Positions 23,763-36,700 of a DNA stretch of 64,000 nucleotides are shown here, piece by piece. This stretch comes from Rhizodiscina lignyota. Its lineage: Eukaryota. Within the stretch, counting starts at the first letter, position 1, and every line of letters starts with the position of its first letter. Under the pieces are notes generated by a model that was not told where the DNA came from, ran no database searches, and was given only the letters and a program-made list of their open reading frames with translations. The stretch is taken from positions 930,001 through 994,000 of the forward strand of contig ML978129.1 in NCBI GenBank assembly GCA_010015805.1, given 5' to 3'. The translations under genes were made by a program, and so were the position numbers.

Positions 23763-24028
23763 TTTGGCAGCCGAGGAGAGGCATTGGGCTCCTCCAGCGA
23801 CGTCTGGATGCTGCTAGATTCAATTACATGCACTTTAGAAATGCGATGTCACGATTGTCCGGCGCTAAGGCCGGAATTTAGCCGGGCTGCAGGTGTGAGT
23901 CTTAAAATTTGCCACGTGATGCGTGTGAATCATCGAACATCATATTTCCAAGCAGCCACCCTTCTTTCTCTCCTCCATTGCGATCCAACCTCAAACCCTA
24001 CAACCTAGCGCACACAACCGCCGCAATC

Positions 24029-24994
24029 ATGGCAGAAGTACAAGCACCAGACAAACCTCGAAAGTCCGTCTCCTTCGACCCCTCCGCCACCGTTGTCGAC
24101 GAATTCGGCGAAGTGGAAGAAGTGACAAACGGCCATGCGAACGCCGAGAAGGACACTGCAGAGAGCCACTCCGCTCCCGGTGACAAGGAGGTGGAGGAGG
24201 TGACAGACTCATTTAAAGACCTCATGAAGAAAAAGAAGAAGAAGTCCAAGACACCGAAAGAGGGCGAGGATGGCGAGGCTCCCGCAGCCGACGGCGAATT
24301 CGACCCCTCCATGTTAAAGAAAAAGAAGAAGAAGAAGACCAAGACGGTCGAAGAGGAGAAAGAAGACTTTGAGGCGAAGCTCGCTGAAGCTGGCGCTGTG
24401 GAAAAAGAGGATGGGGAAGAAGATGAGGAGGATGGAGCGAACGACGAAGAGGCGATCGCTGATGAAGGCGACTGGGAATCCGGAACAGGCATCTGGGGAC
24501 ACGACTCTACCGCGCCGATTCCATACACTTCTCTTTTGCACCGCTTCTTCGAGCAGTTGCACAAGCAGCATCCTGACCTCGCCGGCTTGGGTAGCAAGAG
24601 CTACAAGATCCCGCCACCGCAGTGTCTCCGTGAAGGCAACAAGAAGACCATCTTTGCAAACATTGCGGAGATTTGCAAGAGGATGAAGCGAACGGATGAG
24701 CACGTCACGCAGTTCTTGTTCGCCGAATTGGGTACCAGCGGTAGTGTCGACGGCAGCAGGCGATTGGTCATCAAGGGTCGATTCCAGCAGAAGCAGATTG
24801 AGAACATCTTGAGGAGATATATCGTGGAATATGTCACCTGCAAGACCTGCAGGTCGCCGGATACAGAGCTCAGCAAAGGAGAGAATCGGTTGTACTTCGT
24901 CACTTGCAACTCTTGCGGTTCTCGTCGTAGTGTGCAGGCCATCAAGACTGGTTTCTCTGCCCAGGTTGGCAAGAGAAAGAGGCAGCAAGGTTAG
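24029..24994 (+). CDS. SUI3: Translation initiation factor eIF2 beta subunit
   Basis: Poly-Lys boxes, [21 protein letters not shown] and C2-C2 zinc ribbon CKTC..CNSC. Intronless, ATG at 24029. Confidence 0.97.
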   Translation: MAEVQAPDKPRKSVSFDPSATVVDEFGEVEEVTNGHANAEKDTAESHSAPGDKEVEEVTDSFKDLMKKKKKKSKTPKEGEDGEAPAADGEFDPSMLKKKKKKKTKTVEEEKEDFEAKLAEAGAVEKEDGEEDEEDGANDEEAIADEGDWESGTGIWGHDSTAPIPYTSLLHRFFEQLHKQHPDLAGLGSKSYKIPPPQCLREGNKKTIFANIAEICKRMKRTDEHVTQFLFAELGTSGSVDGSRRLVIKGRFQQKQIENILRRYIVEYVTCKTCRSPDTELSKGENRLYFVTCNSCGSRRSVQAIKTGFSAQVGKRKRQQG

Positions 24995-26278
24995 AGCTTC
25001 ACGAATTACGAATGCATTACGAAGCTGCTGGTTACGAATCGTATGAGGCACGGCAATTATGGCATTTTGCATTGGCTCGCATTCTAGCAGTGGATGATGG
25101 GAAAGCATGGTAGAGAGCCTGCTGCAGTCACAGAGTCAGCTGGGTCGTTGTTCTCAGTATGATCTGCATATTTTCGTTAAGAGCGTGCTCTGACAGTCAA
25201 TCAAGGGCAGCTCAGGTCTAGTGGCGTTATTTGGAAATAACTTTCATAGAGTGTCACAGAAAGCAAAGGGAATACATACACTTGACCAATTTATGCGTGG
25301 ATACTGTAAATGTGTGCTTTTGTGAACGTACACCGATTCAGTTAAGCAAGAATCAGCCACGTTCATATTTTTCAATATAACTAAACGAAGGGCCCGGTAA
25401 TTCCATAGGGCATTTGTGCTAATCTTTCATTTCGTCCTCCAGGAATGTTGTATCTTCGCATACGTAACTGCTTGAATGTTGAGGCAATCCCTGTTTCAAA
25501 GGCGTTGCTGCGAGCGGTAGAGCAATCGACGAGAACTCTCGATCGCAACCTTGCCCTACCGATGGCTCATATATTCGAGTAGTCTTGATTGAGCGGCCGA
25601 AATCCAGTGGCCAAGAAAGCCTTTGAGTGAAACAACTCCTTTGTTTCCAGAAACGCCGCTAAACCCGATCGGGCCGATCCCAGTGACTTCACAGCTGCTG
25701 AACCGCTCCGCACCACGTTCTTGCACTTTCTCCACGACACCGTATGCAAGGGAGGCGCCGCCAACGACGCATTCCATAGGTATATTGAACAGGTAAGGAA
25801 TGTGGAGTGCCATCAGGGTACCTTCTAGCCGATCGTGTGGGAGTGCAAGCGTCTACTGCGACTTTTGTGCGGTGGCGAATGACCGCGCGATTTGTGCTGC
25901 TCGCTGTTATCGTAACAATGACATTGTCACGCTTTCCACAGAACCGCTTATTAGAGAATGTTCTATTGCCCCCTCTTATTTTCTATTCATGCCTTCTACT
26001 TCCGTCTACCTCGTTTGATTTAACGTAACGCCTTTCTCACCGTTTACTACGTTTTCATCTTAGATCTACATCCTCGAAGTCGACTCTGGGAGCGCGACAA
26101 CCACGTGCGATTTTACATCCAAAGCCAGGTTTTCGGTCGCACACAAGCTTTCTAAACAAGCTCCAACATTTTCCCCTTGGTGTCGGTAGCCATGGATCCC
26201 TCTGGAATGCGAGCTAAACGCGTGAAGGGCAACAACAGCCAACTGCATACCGTGCAGACACAGCAGCAGACCGGCACT

Positions 26279-29200
26279 ATGCCGCGGTTAGGGGCTACTA
26301 GATTCTTCATATCGAATCTACACTGTCCATCATGCGTCCACACCATCGAAGAAGCGCTGTCAGCCCTCTCGCCACGGCCTGTCGCCATTTCGACTTCTAT
26401 TATCTCCCACTGCGTTACTGTCACACACTTCTCAACGCTCCCTGTCGCCGCCATTGTCAAGGCGCTTGAGGCAAGCGGTTTCGACGTCCATAGTGCGTTC
26501 CAAAATAAAGGTCCAGAAGAAGAACAGATATTACCTCACGTCAAACTAGGAACAGATTGGGAGGATAGCCTAGAGCAATCGGTCAGACGATGGCGTACTT
26601 CGCTGCGACTGAGTAAGGGCAAATCGAAAGAGGCAACAGACCTTGATGCCATGGGGAAACGAGAACGACATGCAGTGCACTGTTCCGAGTGCAGTGCCGA
26701 GCTCCAGGGACGCGCAGCTGGCGATATACCTTTGAACCAATACGAATCTTCACCGAGTTTGCAAGACGAGCAATTACATTTCACGGATGGAAAGGCTCGA
26801 TCACCTTCATCGCCGCTGGCGGCCCACTCACAGCCGCTCGGTATCCCCGCATCTCGGGAAGAGCTCTCCAGTCCATCTACGGACTTTTCCAAAGAGAAAG
26901 AATTCGGCATCATCGTGGAAACAGTAGATGTCTCCCAACCTTACAAGGCTGAAATTGCGATTGTGGGCATGACTTGTAGCTCATGCGTAGGATCAATCAC
27001 GGGCATTGTCGAGGCGTTCCCCTGGGTTCGCTCAGTGAACGTTGCTCTACTCACCAACAGCGCCGCTGTGGTCTTCGAGGGCAAGGACCATTCGAAGGAC
27101 ATTGTCGAAGCAATAGAAGATGCCGGATTCGAAGCGACCATCGAGAGCCTTGAGGAAGTGAGGGATGCAAGCAGGAAGAGACAGTCTCAGGCCTTGTCAG
27201 ACACATGGAAGGTTGATTATGCGATCGAAGGAATGACTTGCAGCTCTTGCGTAGCCAGCATCACGGGGGTGGTGAAAGAACACAGCTGGGTGGACAGCGT
27301 GGACATCAACCTCATTTCCAATAGCGGCACCATTATCTTCAAAGGAAAGGAGAACCTCCCCAAGCTCACCGAGACTATCGAAGATGCAGGCTTTGACGCG
27401 ACTGTCAACAATGTCGTCAATGTTGGAGCAGCTCTTGAAGAAGAGGCTACCGAACGGACGGTTTCGATACATGTCGCTGGCATGTACTGCCATCACTGTC
27501 CTCCAAAAGTATTGGGTATGCTCGATGAGAGGTTTTCTAAGCGGCTTCAAATCGAGAAGGCACCAACGCATGAGGACCAAATCCTGAGGATTCGATACAT
27601 CCCTGCTCCACCAGAATTTACAATTCGCACTATCCTTGACGCAATACGAGCGGCAGATTCAGGCTTCCAGCCGACCATCTATCATCCACCGACGATCGAG
27701 GAGAAGTCCCGTGAACTTCATGCCCGTGAGCGACGACGCGTTCTCTTCCGCCTGGCACTTTCTATCTCAACCGCTATTCCTGCCTTCATAATTGGTGTGG
27801 TCGCGATGTCTCTTCTTCCGAAAGACAACAGCATGCGCAAGTACATCATGCAACCTATGTGGGCTGGCAGTGTGCCTCGCGCTCAGTGGGCTCTCTTCTT
27901 ACTTGCAACGCCGGTGTATTTCTTCGCAGCAGATACGTTCCACCGCAAAGCGCTGAAGGAGATCAAGGCTCTTTGGCGACCAGGAAGTACGGTTCCGATT
28001 TATAGACGCTTCATCCGCTTTGGAAGCATGAACATGCTCATGAGCCTGGGAACGTCAATTGCATACCTCAGCAGCATTGCAGAGCTTATTATGGCTGCCA
28101 CTCAGAAGCCATCGTCGACCGATATGGATACCCTGAATAGCAGCTTCTACTTCGACTCGGTCATTTTCCTCACAATGTTCCTGCTCATCGGTCGCTTCCT
28201 CGAAGCGTACAGCAAAGCCAAGACAGGCGATGCTGTAACCAGCCTTGGTAATTTACGACCGACTGAAGCAATTCTCATCGAAGATCCGAACTCATCCGGC
28301 CAAAGCACTGCGGTCGATCTGCTAGAAGTCGGTGACGTAGTGCGTGTCCCTCATGGAGCAAGCCCACCATTCGATGGCACCATCATCGACGTCAACAGCT
28401 CCTTCGACGAGAGTAGTCTTACTGGCGAGTCACGACTCGTCCACAAGCAGCCCGGCGACACCGTCTTCAGTGGCACAGTCAACAAAGGTGCGCCAGTGTG
28501 CGTTCGCCTTAGCAGCGTGAGCGGTACTTCGATGCTTGATCAGATCATTAAGGTTGTGCGCGAAGGCCAAACTAAGCGTGCGCCTGTTGAGAGGGCAGCA
28601 GATATGATCACGAGCCATTTCGTGCCATTTGTTGTCGTATTTGGCATACTGACATTCGTCATATGGATTGCGCTGGGCGAAAGCGGTGCTCTTCCCGCCG
28701 ACTGGCTTGATGTCTCGATGGGAGGTTGGCCTCTTTGGGCTCTGAGATTCGCCATTGCAGTCTTCGTCATTGCCTGCCCGTGTGGCATTGGCCTAGCCGC
28801 TCCAACGGCTTTGTTTGTAGGCGGCGGAATGGCAGCGAAGCACGGCATTTTGGTCAAAGGTGGCGGAGAGGCGTTCCAAGAAGCCAGCACACTCGACTGC
28901 ATTGTTTTCGACAAAACTGGAACGTTGACCCAAGGTGGAGAACCGAAAGTCACAGACTATAAGCCCTGCACCGACGATGATGAGGCGGAAATCTTGGGAA
29001 TGGCGATGGCAATTGAAGGACAATCCGGACACCCAGTTGCTACCGCTGTCGTGGCCTTTTGCAAGGAGAAGAAAGCGCTACCGCTTGAGGCAGCCGAGGT
29101 GAGAGAGATTCCAGGCATGGGTATGAAAGGAAGTTTCAAGCTGGACACTGCTACGGACTGGACTATCGATGTCGACGTGCTGGTGGGCAATGAACGACTC

Positions 29201-30055
29201 ATGGACGAGAATGATGTCACCGTTTCTCCCCACCGCTGGGAAAGGCTTCAATCATGGAAGCGAGAGGGCAAGAGCGTTGTTCTTGTTGCTGTACGAGCGG
29301 CAAAGAATCCATTCTCGGACGCATCGCGCCCAAAAGAAGAGCAAGACAAAGACACGGACAGCCTACAGGGCCAAGGCAAATGGACGCTCTCAGCCATTTT
29401 CGCAGTAGCAGATGCTCTTCGACCCGAAGCAGCACCTACTATTCGAGCCCTCCAATCCCGCGGTATCAGCGTCTGGATGCTCTCGGGTGATAACCCAACA
29501 ACAGCTCGAGCCGTCGCCGCGCAGGTTGGCATCCAATCCGACAATGTCATCGCTGGCGTCCTGCCAGATCAGAAGGCAGAGAAGATCCAATACTTACAAA
29601 AGTCACTGCCATACAAGGGCCGCAACAAGACTCACGCTACAGTCGCTATGGTCGGCGATGGCATCAACGACTCCCCTGCTCTGACGATGGCAGACGTCGG
29701 CATCGCCATCGGCAGCGGCAGTGACGTTGCACTCTCGTCCGCCGAGTTCATCCTCATCTCCTCGAACCTCAACTCGCTGCTCACACTCATCGACCTCAGT
29801 CGTGCAGTATTCCGTCGCGTCTGGTTCAACTTCGGGTGGGCGCTTGTGTACAACATCGTTGCCATGCCGGTGGCTGCGGGCGTGCTGTACCCGGTCAAAA
29901 CGGCTGGTGGTGGGCATGTCAGGCTAGATCCGGTATGGGCAAGTTTGGCGATGGCGCTGAGTAGCGTGAGTGTGGTGTCGAGCAGCTTGATGTTGAGGAG
30001 CAGAATTCCATTTATAGGTTTCAGGGAGAGAAAAGAAGGGCAGAAGAGAGAGTGA
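26279..30055 (+). CDS. Copper-transporting P1B-1 ATPase (CrpA/Crp1-type exporter likely)
   Basis: HMA motifs LHCPSC, GMTCSSC (x2) and GMYCHHC. Also TGES, CPC, DKTGTLT, HP, GDGINDSPAL, YN and MALSS. Intronless. In-frame upstream ATGs exist at 26192 and 26207, so the start is uncertain. Confidence 0.95.
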   Translation: MPRLGATRFFISNLHCPSCVHTIEEALSALSPRPVAISTSIISHCVTVTHFSTLPVAAIVKALEASGFDVHSAFQNKGPEEEQILPHVKLGTDWEDSLEQSVRRWRTSLRLSKGKSKEATDLDAMGKRERHAVHCSECSAELQGRAAGDIPLNQYESSPSLQDEQLHFTDGKARSPSSPLAAHSQPLGIPASREELSSPSTDFSKEKEFGIIVETVDVSQPYKAEIAIVGMTCSSCVGSITGIVEAFPWVRSVNVALLTNSAAVVFEGKDHSKDIVEAIEDAGFEATIESLEEVRDASRKRQSQALSDTWKVDYAIEGMTCSSCVASITGVVKEHSWVDSVDINLISNSGTIIFKGKENLPKLTETIEDAGFDATVNNVVNVGAALEEEATERTVSIHVAGMYCHHCPPKVLGMLDERFSKRLQIEKAPTHEDQILRIRYIPAPPEFTIRTILDAIRAADSGFQPTIYHPPTIEEKSRELHARERRRVLFRLALSISTAIPAFIIGVVAMSLLPKDNSMRKYIMQPMWAGSVPRAQWALFLLATPVYFFAADTFHRKALKEIKALWRPGSTVPIYRRFIRFGSMNMLMSLGTSIAYLSSIAELIMAATQKPSSTDMDTLNSSFYFDSVIFLTMFLLIGRFLEAYSKAKTGDAVTSLGNLRPTEAILIEDPNSSGQSTAVDLLEVGDVVRVPHGASPPFDGTIIDVNSSFDESSLTGESRLVHKQPGDTVFSGTVNKGAPVCVRLSSVSGTSMLDQIIKVVREGQTKRAPVERAADMITSHFVPFVVVFGILTFVIWIALGESGALPADWLDVSMGGWPLWALRFAIAVFVIACPCGIGLAAPTALFVGGGMAAKHGILVKGGGEAFQEASTLDCIVFDKTGTLTQGGEPKVTDYKPCTDDDEAEILGMAMAIEGQSGHPVATAVVAFCKEKKALPLEAAEVREIPGMGMKGSFKLDTATDWTIDVDVLVGNERLMDENDVTVSPHRWERLQSWKREGKSVVLVAVRAAKNPFSDASRPKEEQDKDTDSLQGQGKWTLSAIFAVADALRPEAAPTIRALQSRGISVWMLSGDNPTTARAVAAQVGIQSDNVIAGVLPDQKAEKIQYLQKSLPYKGRNKTHATVAMVGDGINDSPALTMADVGIAIGSGSDVALSSAEFILISSNLNSLLTLIDLSRAVFRRVWFNFGWALVYNIVAMPVAAGVLYPVKTAGGGHVRLDPVWASLAMALSSVSVVSSSLMLRSRIPFIGFRERKEGQKRE

Positions 30056-31620
30056 TATCGGACAGAATGAGATATCTATGAGAGATGAAATGAGACTGGC
30101 TTCGACATAGTTTTTTATTGAGCACATCGGGATAGTTCTATTTTCTAAGGGGATGAAAGAAACGCTGGTTTCAATATGCTCTTCCGTTTAAGCGCATCGA
30201 GATACCACTGTTTACGAGCGTAATTAGGGCAGGCTTGCACCTCCGCCCTCGTCTAGCTTTGTTATTGTTAGCTGTAAAGGAATTTCTAGCCAATACTGAT
30301 TTCTTTTTCCAACGTCATATCGGATCCACATCTTCTCATTTATTCGTCGGCCGTCGGGCACGAAAAAGGAAAGCTTACTACCGACGGTGATTGCCTGGAA
30401 TATCGGTATGCTAAAGTGTGTAGTACGCCTAGACTTGGCGTTAATGGAAAGCATATTCGCTTGTTGAGTCTAGTTCGAGGCGGCTATAGTTCGCCTGGCA
30501 TCCTTGGCCCTATTTTCTTCGTGCTAATGCTGCGTCTCTCGTTTCTTATAACTATTTATGAGGGCATAGGATTCCGTCCGCGCTGTCGTCGCCCGAAACC
30601 GAGTTCCTGGGTTAGAACTGTCGCAAGACCATATCCAAAGTGAAGAGAATTGAGATACTTCTCTCAAGCGAGACAAAGTCAGCACAGCTGGGCCCTCAGT
30701 ATTCATACTCGCCCCATTCTACCAGCAGAGTCGGACCATAATATCCCCTTTCCAGCCATAAGTGAGGTTGAATGCATGCATGACTCGTGCATGGAGCCAC
30801 CCAAAACCCACAGCGCGCTCGATCATCGACAAGGCTCCATTCCCGCACACATCCGACGCTCAAGCTTTCGCCTTTCAACAAGGGCCACTGAGCTTGTCAT
30901 GCCCTCGAGCCTTTGGGAATGAGCTTGTATGTCACTGATCCCTGGCAGATCAGTCGTAATATGACGGGATACGTGCGGTGGAAAAGCTTGTGTTTGTTTA
31001 TTTCCGTCGTCACAGGGGGTGGAAAGTGGCATTTTGAAAATCGCCCTCCATTCTCGTCTAACAACATGCGAGACATGCAATTTGATTGCAGGAAGCGAGT
31101 CAGGAAAGCGATAACAAGGAGAGTCCCATGAAGGATCCGGTGATGTCAGCAATTGTTCGGCTCCAATGGCTCAGCTCTTGCTTCACTGTGGAGGCGCTTT
31201 CGTCACTGCTCTGCCTTCGGACAGCTTTCGTTTTGCCTTCAATAGGGCTTGAACTGGTTACCGGCACTCAACTGAGGAAGATGGTTGCTCTTTTGAAGGA
31301 TGGTAATGAGTCCACTTCTCTAACCGGGCATTCAACTCGCATGTGTGGATGTGGTGAAACAGAATAGACCTATCATGTTCCGTCCCTCGTTTCAGCGATA
31401 CACCCTTCTTGTGCGATGCAAGTTTTCGGGCTCTCCAGGTTCGCTTCTTTCGGCCCCTTGCCCAGTCCCTACAGGGAGCTAATGAATTAAATGGAGAATA
31501 TATCATGGTATAAAATTACAAAGAGCTTGGTATACCGCTTACGGTCTCAACTCATCTAATTTCTCTCACTTCCAAGACGCTAAGTCCAAAGTTGTCCCAG
31601 ACGCAAAGTAGCCTATCAAG

Positions 31621-33264
31621 ATGCCTGGTGTCGTGCCTACGGGGAAGAAAGACTTCCATGTCATTATTATTGGAGGCGGTAATTAATCATTGGATGCCGT
31701 TGTAGACTTCGACAGATGCTAATCTCTCGAAAAAGGTTCTACTGGACTGCTCATTGCACAAGGTCTGAAGCAGGTAAGGCTGAAGAGTAGCGTCGCCAAT
31801 CATTGATACGACAGACTGAATTATGTCCGACTAGGCTGGCGTTTCGTTCTCAATATGGGAACGTGAAGACCCTTCGACCTACGCGCACAGGGAGCGAGAG
31901 TGGACGATGGCACTTCACTGGGGCCGCGAACACATTGCGAACACACTTCCCGAGGACATTGCTCGCGACATCCACCTGATCCAGCCCGAGCCAGAACTCG
32001 TGATGAGCGAGGAGGATGAGACGAGCGCGCCATTCATCAACGCAAAGACTGGTGAAATCATTGCCCGTATCCCCGCCGTCAGCTCTCGCCGCGCGTCCCG
32101 CCGAAGATTACGAGCTCTTTTCTCCAGGGGCTTGGACATCCAGTACGGCAAGAAGCTCGTTGACTACAAGGACGATGGAGACAAGGTTACCGCTATCTTC
32201 CACGATGGCACCGTCGAGACCGGCGACATGATCATCGGAGCCGACAGCGGTATGCTTCAAAGTCTGAACTGCCTCTTTTGTTCCTGGGTCGCTGATTCAC
32301 AATAGCCAACTCCACTGTCCGAACTTTCGTCCTCGAACCATATGACAACATCCTTCATGTCGAGCCCACTATGGTTATGGTAAGATGTCACTCCCTGGAG
32401 AGTCATGCTCTGTGCTAATTAGAGACCAGAACTTCTCCACAACCTACACCCGCGAGCAGGCGTTGTACCTGAAGGGCAAGTACCACCCAGTCCTCCAGGT
32501 AAGCTTTTTGAGTCATATCACTCAGGACAAGCTATTCATAAAGCATTAGATGTATCCAGCTCATCCCGATCAACCAACCCTCGCCCTCTTCACCTTGGCC
32601 GACATCAAGGACAAGGACCGCCCGGAGACATGGGTCTTCCAGATGTACCTCTCTATCTGGGGCACCAACGACTACCCGCCGACTAACGACGAGCGCGTTA
32701 AGCTCTTCAAGAAGTATGGCGAGAACTACTGCGAGCCATTCCGCAGCGCTACTCGCTGGGTGAGGGACGACCAGATCATTACCCCCGACAAGTACCGCGT
32801 GTGGTGCCGTCCAACCCAGTGGGACAACCACGGTGGCCGTATCACCCTTGCTGGTGATGCCGCTCATCCCATGGGCCCTCGTACGTCTACCGATTCCATC
32901 CTTCATCTATTCTATATAGGTCAAGCAATGCTAACATGGGCCCTTAGATCGCGGCCAAGGCCTCAACAACGCTCTCGAGGACGCCTCGCAACTCAACCGC
33001 GCGATCAGGGCCATCGTTGCCGGCGAGCTTCCGATCAAGGATGCTATCGATGCCTATGATGCTGAGGTGCTTGCCCGTGGCTCTAAGGAGATCCAGGTTT
33101 CGTGCCGCCAGGGCTACAGCAATCACTTCTGGGACGTGTGGCAGCGCAGCGTCACCCGCAAGAACGGCATGTTCAAAGTTAAGGAGCAGGGCCAAGACTT
33201 CAACAAGAGCGCCGGAAAGGTCAAGGGCGAGAAGAGCGTTGCGGCCCACGGTGTCCCTGCGTAG
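31621..33264 (+). CDS. FAD-dependent monooxygenase (aromatic-ring hydroxylase family)
   Basis: Six GT-AG introns. Spliced IIGGGSTGLLIAQGLKQAG, IIGADSANS and TLAGDAAHPMGPHRGQGLNNALED. Confidence 0.9.
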
Positions 33265-33713
33265 ATGGATTTGAGTTTGACAGAGTACATGACGACGGAG
33301 TCGTGATGCCGATTCGGATTCGACGAATATTGCATGCTACGGCAACAAAAATTTCTATTTTTGAAGCATTTATAGATTATGAGCTATCGCAAGTGATGTA
33401 CATTACGTTAAGCAAACGATGATAGACTTCTCATGCATGGATTTCATGTACTTTTTTGGAATCAAAAGTGCTTGCTTCTGGAGTACGGAAGCACACGCAA
33501 GTGCGGGATGCTTTTCATCGACGATGAGATCCTGAGCTTGAAATGCAAGTTATGATTTTGATGGCACGTACATGGAAGATGCATAACCGGTTATTGATAT
33601 TTCCGTTTCAGAAATTGGAGCAATAAGCCAGCTCGGAAGTCCATTCAATGCTAGATATCGACGGCCGCCATAAAATTGGAGTCGTATGTCAATCTCGCGA
33701 CTGGAATGTCACA

Positions 33714-36700
33714 TCACCGATCTTTCTTCGCCTTTTTCGGCTTCTTCTCCTTCAATTTCTCTGCTTCTCGCTCCGCCTCCCTCATCGCTTCTCCCGCTTT
33801 TCTCTTCGCCTGGCCTTCTTTGTGTTTGCTCTTTACGCTCACAGTCGTGCTCTTTCCGCCCACGATCTGCTTCTCTGGCTCTTCCCAATCCTCGTCTTCA
33901 TCTGCGATCTCATATTTATGGAGCGGAAGGGAATTGATCATGTCGCGCATTCTCTCCTTCTCTGCGCGTTTGAACTCATCTCCAGCATCGGCGAGCTCCT
34001 CGTCCAGAGACTGTTCGAGAGGGCGGAATCTTTGTTCCGACGCCTCCTCCCCCTGATTAGCATGCGCGTCGTCTTCCTCGCCGTCTTCCACCAGCCTTTT
34101 CGGCATGTCCTCTTGCACGGCACCCTCAACAATCGCACGGAAATGATGGGCGACTTTCCTGAGAACCTTGACGAACATAGCCAGAAGCTGGCTGTTTTGC
34201 ACCCCAAGCTCCTTCTCCACATCTTCCAGCCCCTTTCTCTGCAGTCCCACTGCTAGCAGTAACGCAGTCTGCACACCACTCAAGTTCACTCCGTTCTCAT
34301 CCTTGATCCTCCCAGTGAAATACATCTCCGCAATGGTTGGCATCATATCTAGGATAACGTGCCAATCCAGCATGTTGTTCGCATAGCTATCCAGCCTCTT
34401 CAGGTCGAACGGGCTAAACATTTTGTCTAGCTCCTGCTTTCTTAGCTTCTCCACCACAACGCTCCGGTCCAGCTTGATACCCGCATTAGCAGACTCAATA
34501 ATACTGAGGGCTGAAACAGATGCGAAACTGCGAAACTGGTAGGACAACAGCGAGAGGAATCTCTTATGGAAATCTCGAGCGAATGCGCCGAGCCAGCTCT
34601 TGTCCGTCTCAGCGCCGGGCACGTCCAAAGTACGCAGCATGACGCACGTGTGTTCACCTGTCAAGTCGTTCGCGGTCTGCCGTAGATAAACGGGTGCAAA
34701 GCCTGCTCGTTTCCAGAATTTATGCAATGGAGGTGTCAGACCGTAGCTGACACCGAGGTAGTCGAGACGTGGAGGTCTCCGCTCAGAAAGACGGGAGAAG
34801 AGAGGTGGCATGGCGTTGATGTCGCGGACTTTGACGTTATCCTGCAATAGCGTTGAGGATTCTAGTTCCGCGTCTGTGACACGGATCATTGATTCTTCTT
34901 CCTCGAGTTCGGACTCATTGAGCGAGGCATTCATGCCCGAGTAGAATTCTGTGAGAAGCTGCAGAGCGCGAGAACCGTAGCCCATATTCATGTAATTCGG
35001 ATTTGTAGCGATGCGAATCACTCTGGCCCCGGACAGGCCGGCAAAGTCTTCATCTTGGAATTGCTGGCTCACAAGCCAAGGTATCAGGTCGCCCCCCGGC
35101 CGTTGTCCGCGCTCAAGAGCATTGACAACGCTAGCACGACTTATTTGTCCCTCGAGGACTACTTGAACGACACAAAGAGGCTCCGGTAATCGTTGAGTGT
35201 CTTCTTCAACAGGCGGAACGAGGACAAAGAGCTGGTGTGCTGGTGCGTCGGATAGAAGTTGGAGATCATTAGGTTGGTTCTTGTAGTGCGAAGCTACATA
35301 TAGCGCCATCATCTGTTGGAGGAATATCTCAGAGACAGGATGGAATGAAAAGAGTGTGTCTCTGTTGACTTGGAGTAGTTGACATTGCGAAGGGTGAGGT
35401 GTGCCTCTGGCACCACTGGACTTCGACAAAGTCGCATCTAGGCACAGTAACTTGTTAAGCCACTTCTCAACTGCATCGCCCTGGGCATATCGAATGGGTT
35501 CATCCAGAGTGATCTCCCGTAACGACCGCCCTGCTAATGGTATATCTTCCGTCCTCTTGGCGGGCTTGCCGGTCGATCGGTCAGCAATGCTTTGATCATC
35601 TGGCAGGCGCTTCCCTCCGCGCGATTGCTGTCGAAGCTGTTCAATCAACTTGAGAGATAATGATCTGCCAGTGCCTTCGTAGCCGTTGATTGTGGATGCC
35701 ATGAACACAAGATATGGACCAAGTAACTTTCTGACTAGTGGAAGTGGTATGGCAGCAGCTTCGTCAATTACAAGAAGTTCAGCTTGGCCTAACGTGTACG
35801 CATCTTGAGGTTGTATGTATTGTATCGTTTGACGATGTTGGCGATGCACATTGACCCGTACGATAGCCTTATTGAAGTCTGGATTCGTCGACTGGATGAT
35901 GGAGTAGTCGACATGGTCCATGTAGTTGAGCGCATCGAAGCCTTTGAACACGAATTCAAACAGAGTTTTGAGATTCTCCGGGCTGGGAGAAGTAATGAAG
36001 ATGTTGCTATAACCATGAGCAATAGCAGCCGCAATAGCGACCCCAAGTGCTGCAGACTTGCCGCGACCACGTGCAGCAGTCAAAGTTACAGTGCTCCGCA
36101 ATGTCTTTTCGGCGATTGCGTCTACGAAGGTGAGAAGCGCCTTAGCCTGATCCACTGTTCTGGCTAGAGTGATGAGTGAGCCAATCGGCTGGGTGTCTAC
36201 CAGACTCTCTTTTATCGTAGCGAGTTCCCTTGAAGCAGGTGTCTTGCCTTCAGACTCTGGGTCCGGCGGTGGAAATTGTTGGACAGACTTGCCTCCGGAA
36301 ATGGGCAAGACATTAAGTTCGTCATCGACTACCAAACAGGATTCGCAACTTCCGAGCGACAGGATGAAGCGTTCATTGAAGCGTGCAACGACATCTCCAT
36401 GTGCCTCCGTTCTGTATCTCGAGTGGATGTCCATTGAGAGCGTGTACAGCTGCTTCAGGCTGCTCATCCCCTTGAGCAGTATAAGTACCAGCCCGCCTCC
36501 TTCTACAGTCTCAATTGTTCTTGCCAGCAGGTTTGGTGTGATTCCCTCGAAGTCCTGCAGGATACACATGCCGTAGGTATTACCCAGGATCTTGTCCGTC
36601 TCGTTGTAGTACACGTATCGTATGCTCTGAGTCGAGACGAACAGCTCGAAAGGGTCTTCTGTGTCGACATCGCGTATGCCCCGTTTTATCTCCTTCTTGA

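Noticed and set aside
23998..25108. 199-aa and 264-aa antisense ORFs over SUI3
   Set aside because: Poly-Phe/Ser mirror of the Lys/Glu codons of eIF2-beta.
30200..31600. Cluster of 60-110 aa ORFs upstream of the monooxygenase
   Set aside because: No homology-like motifs or coherent exon structure; treated as intergenic.
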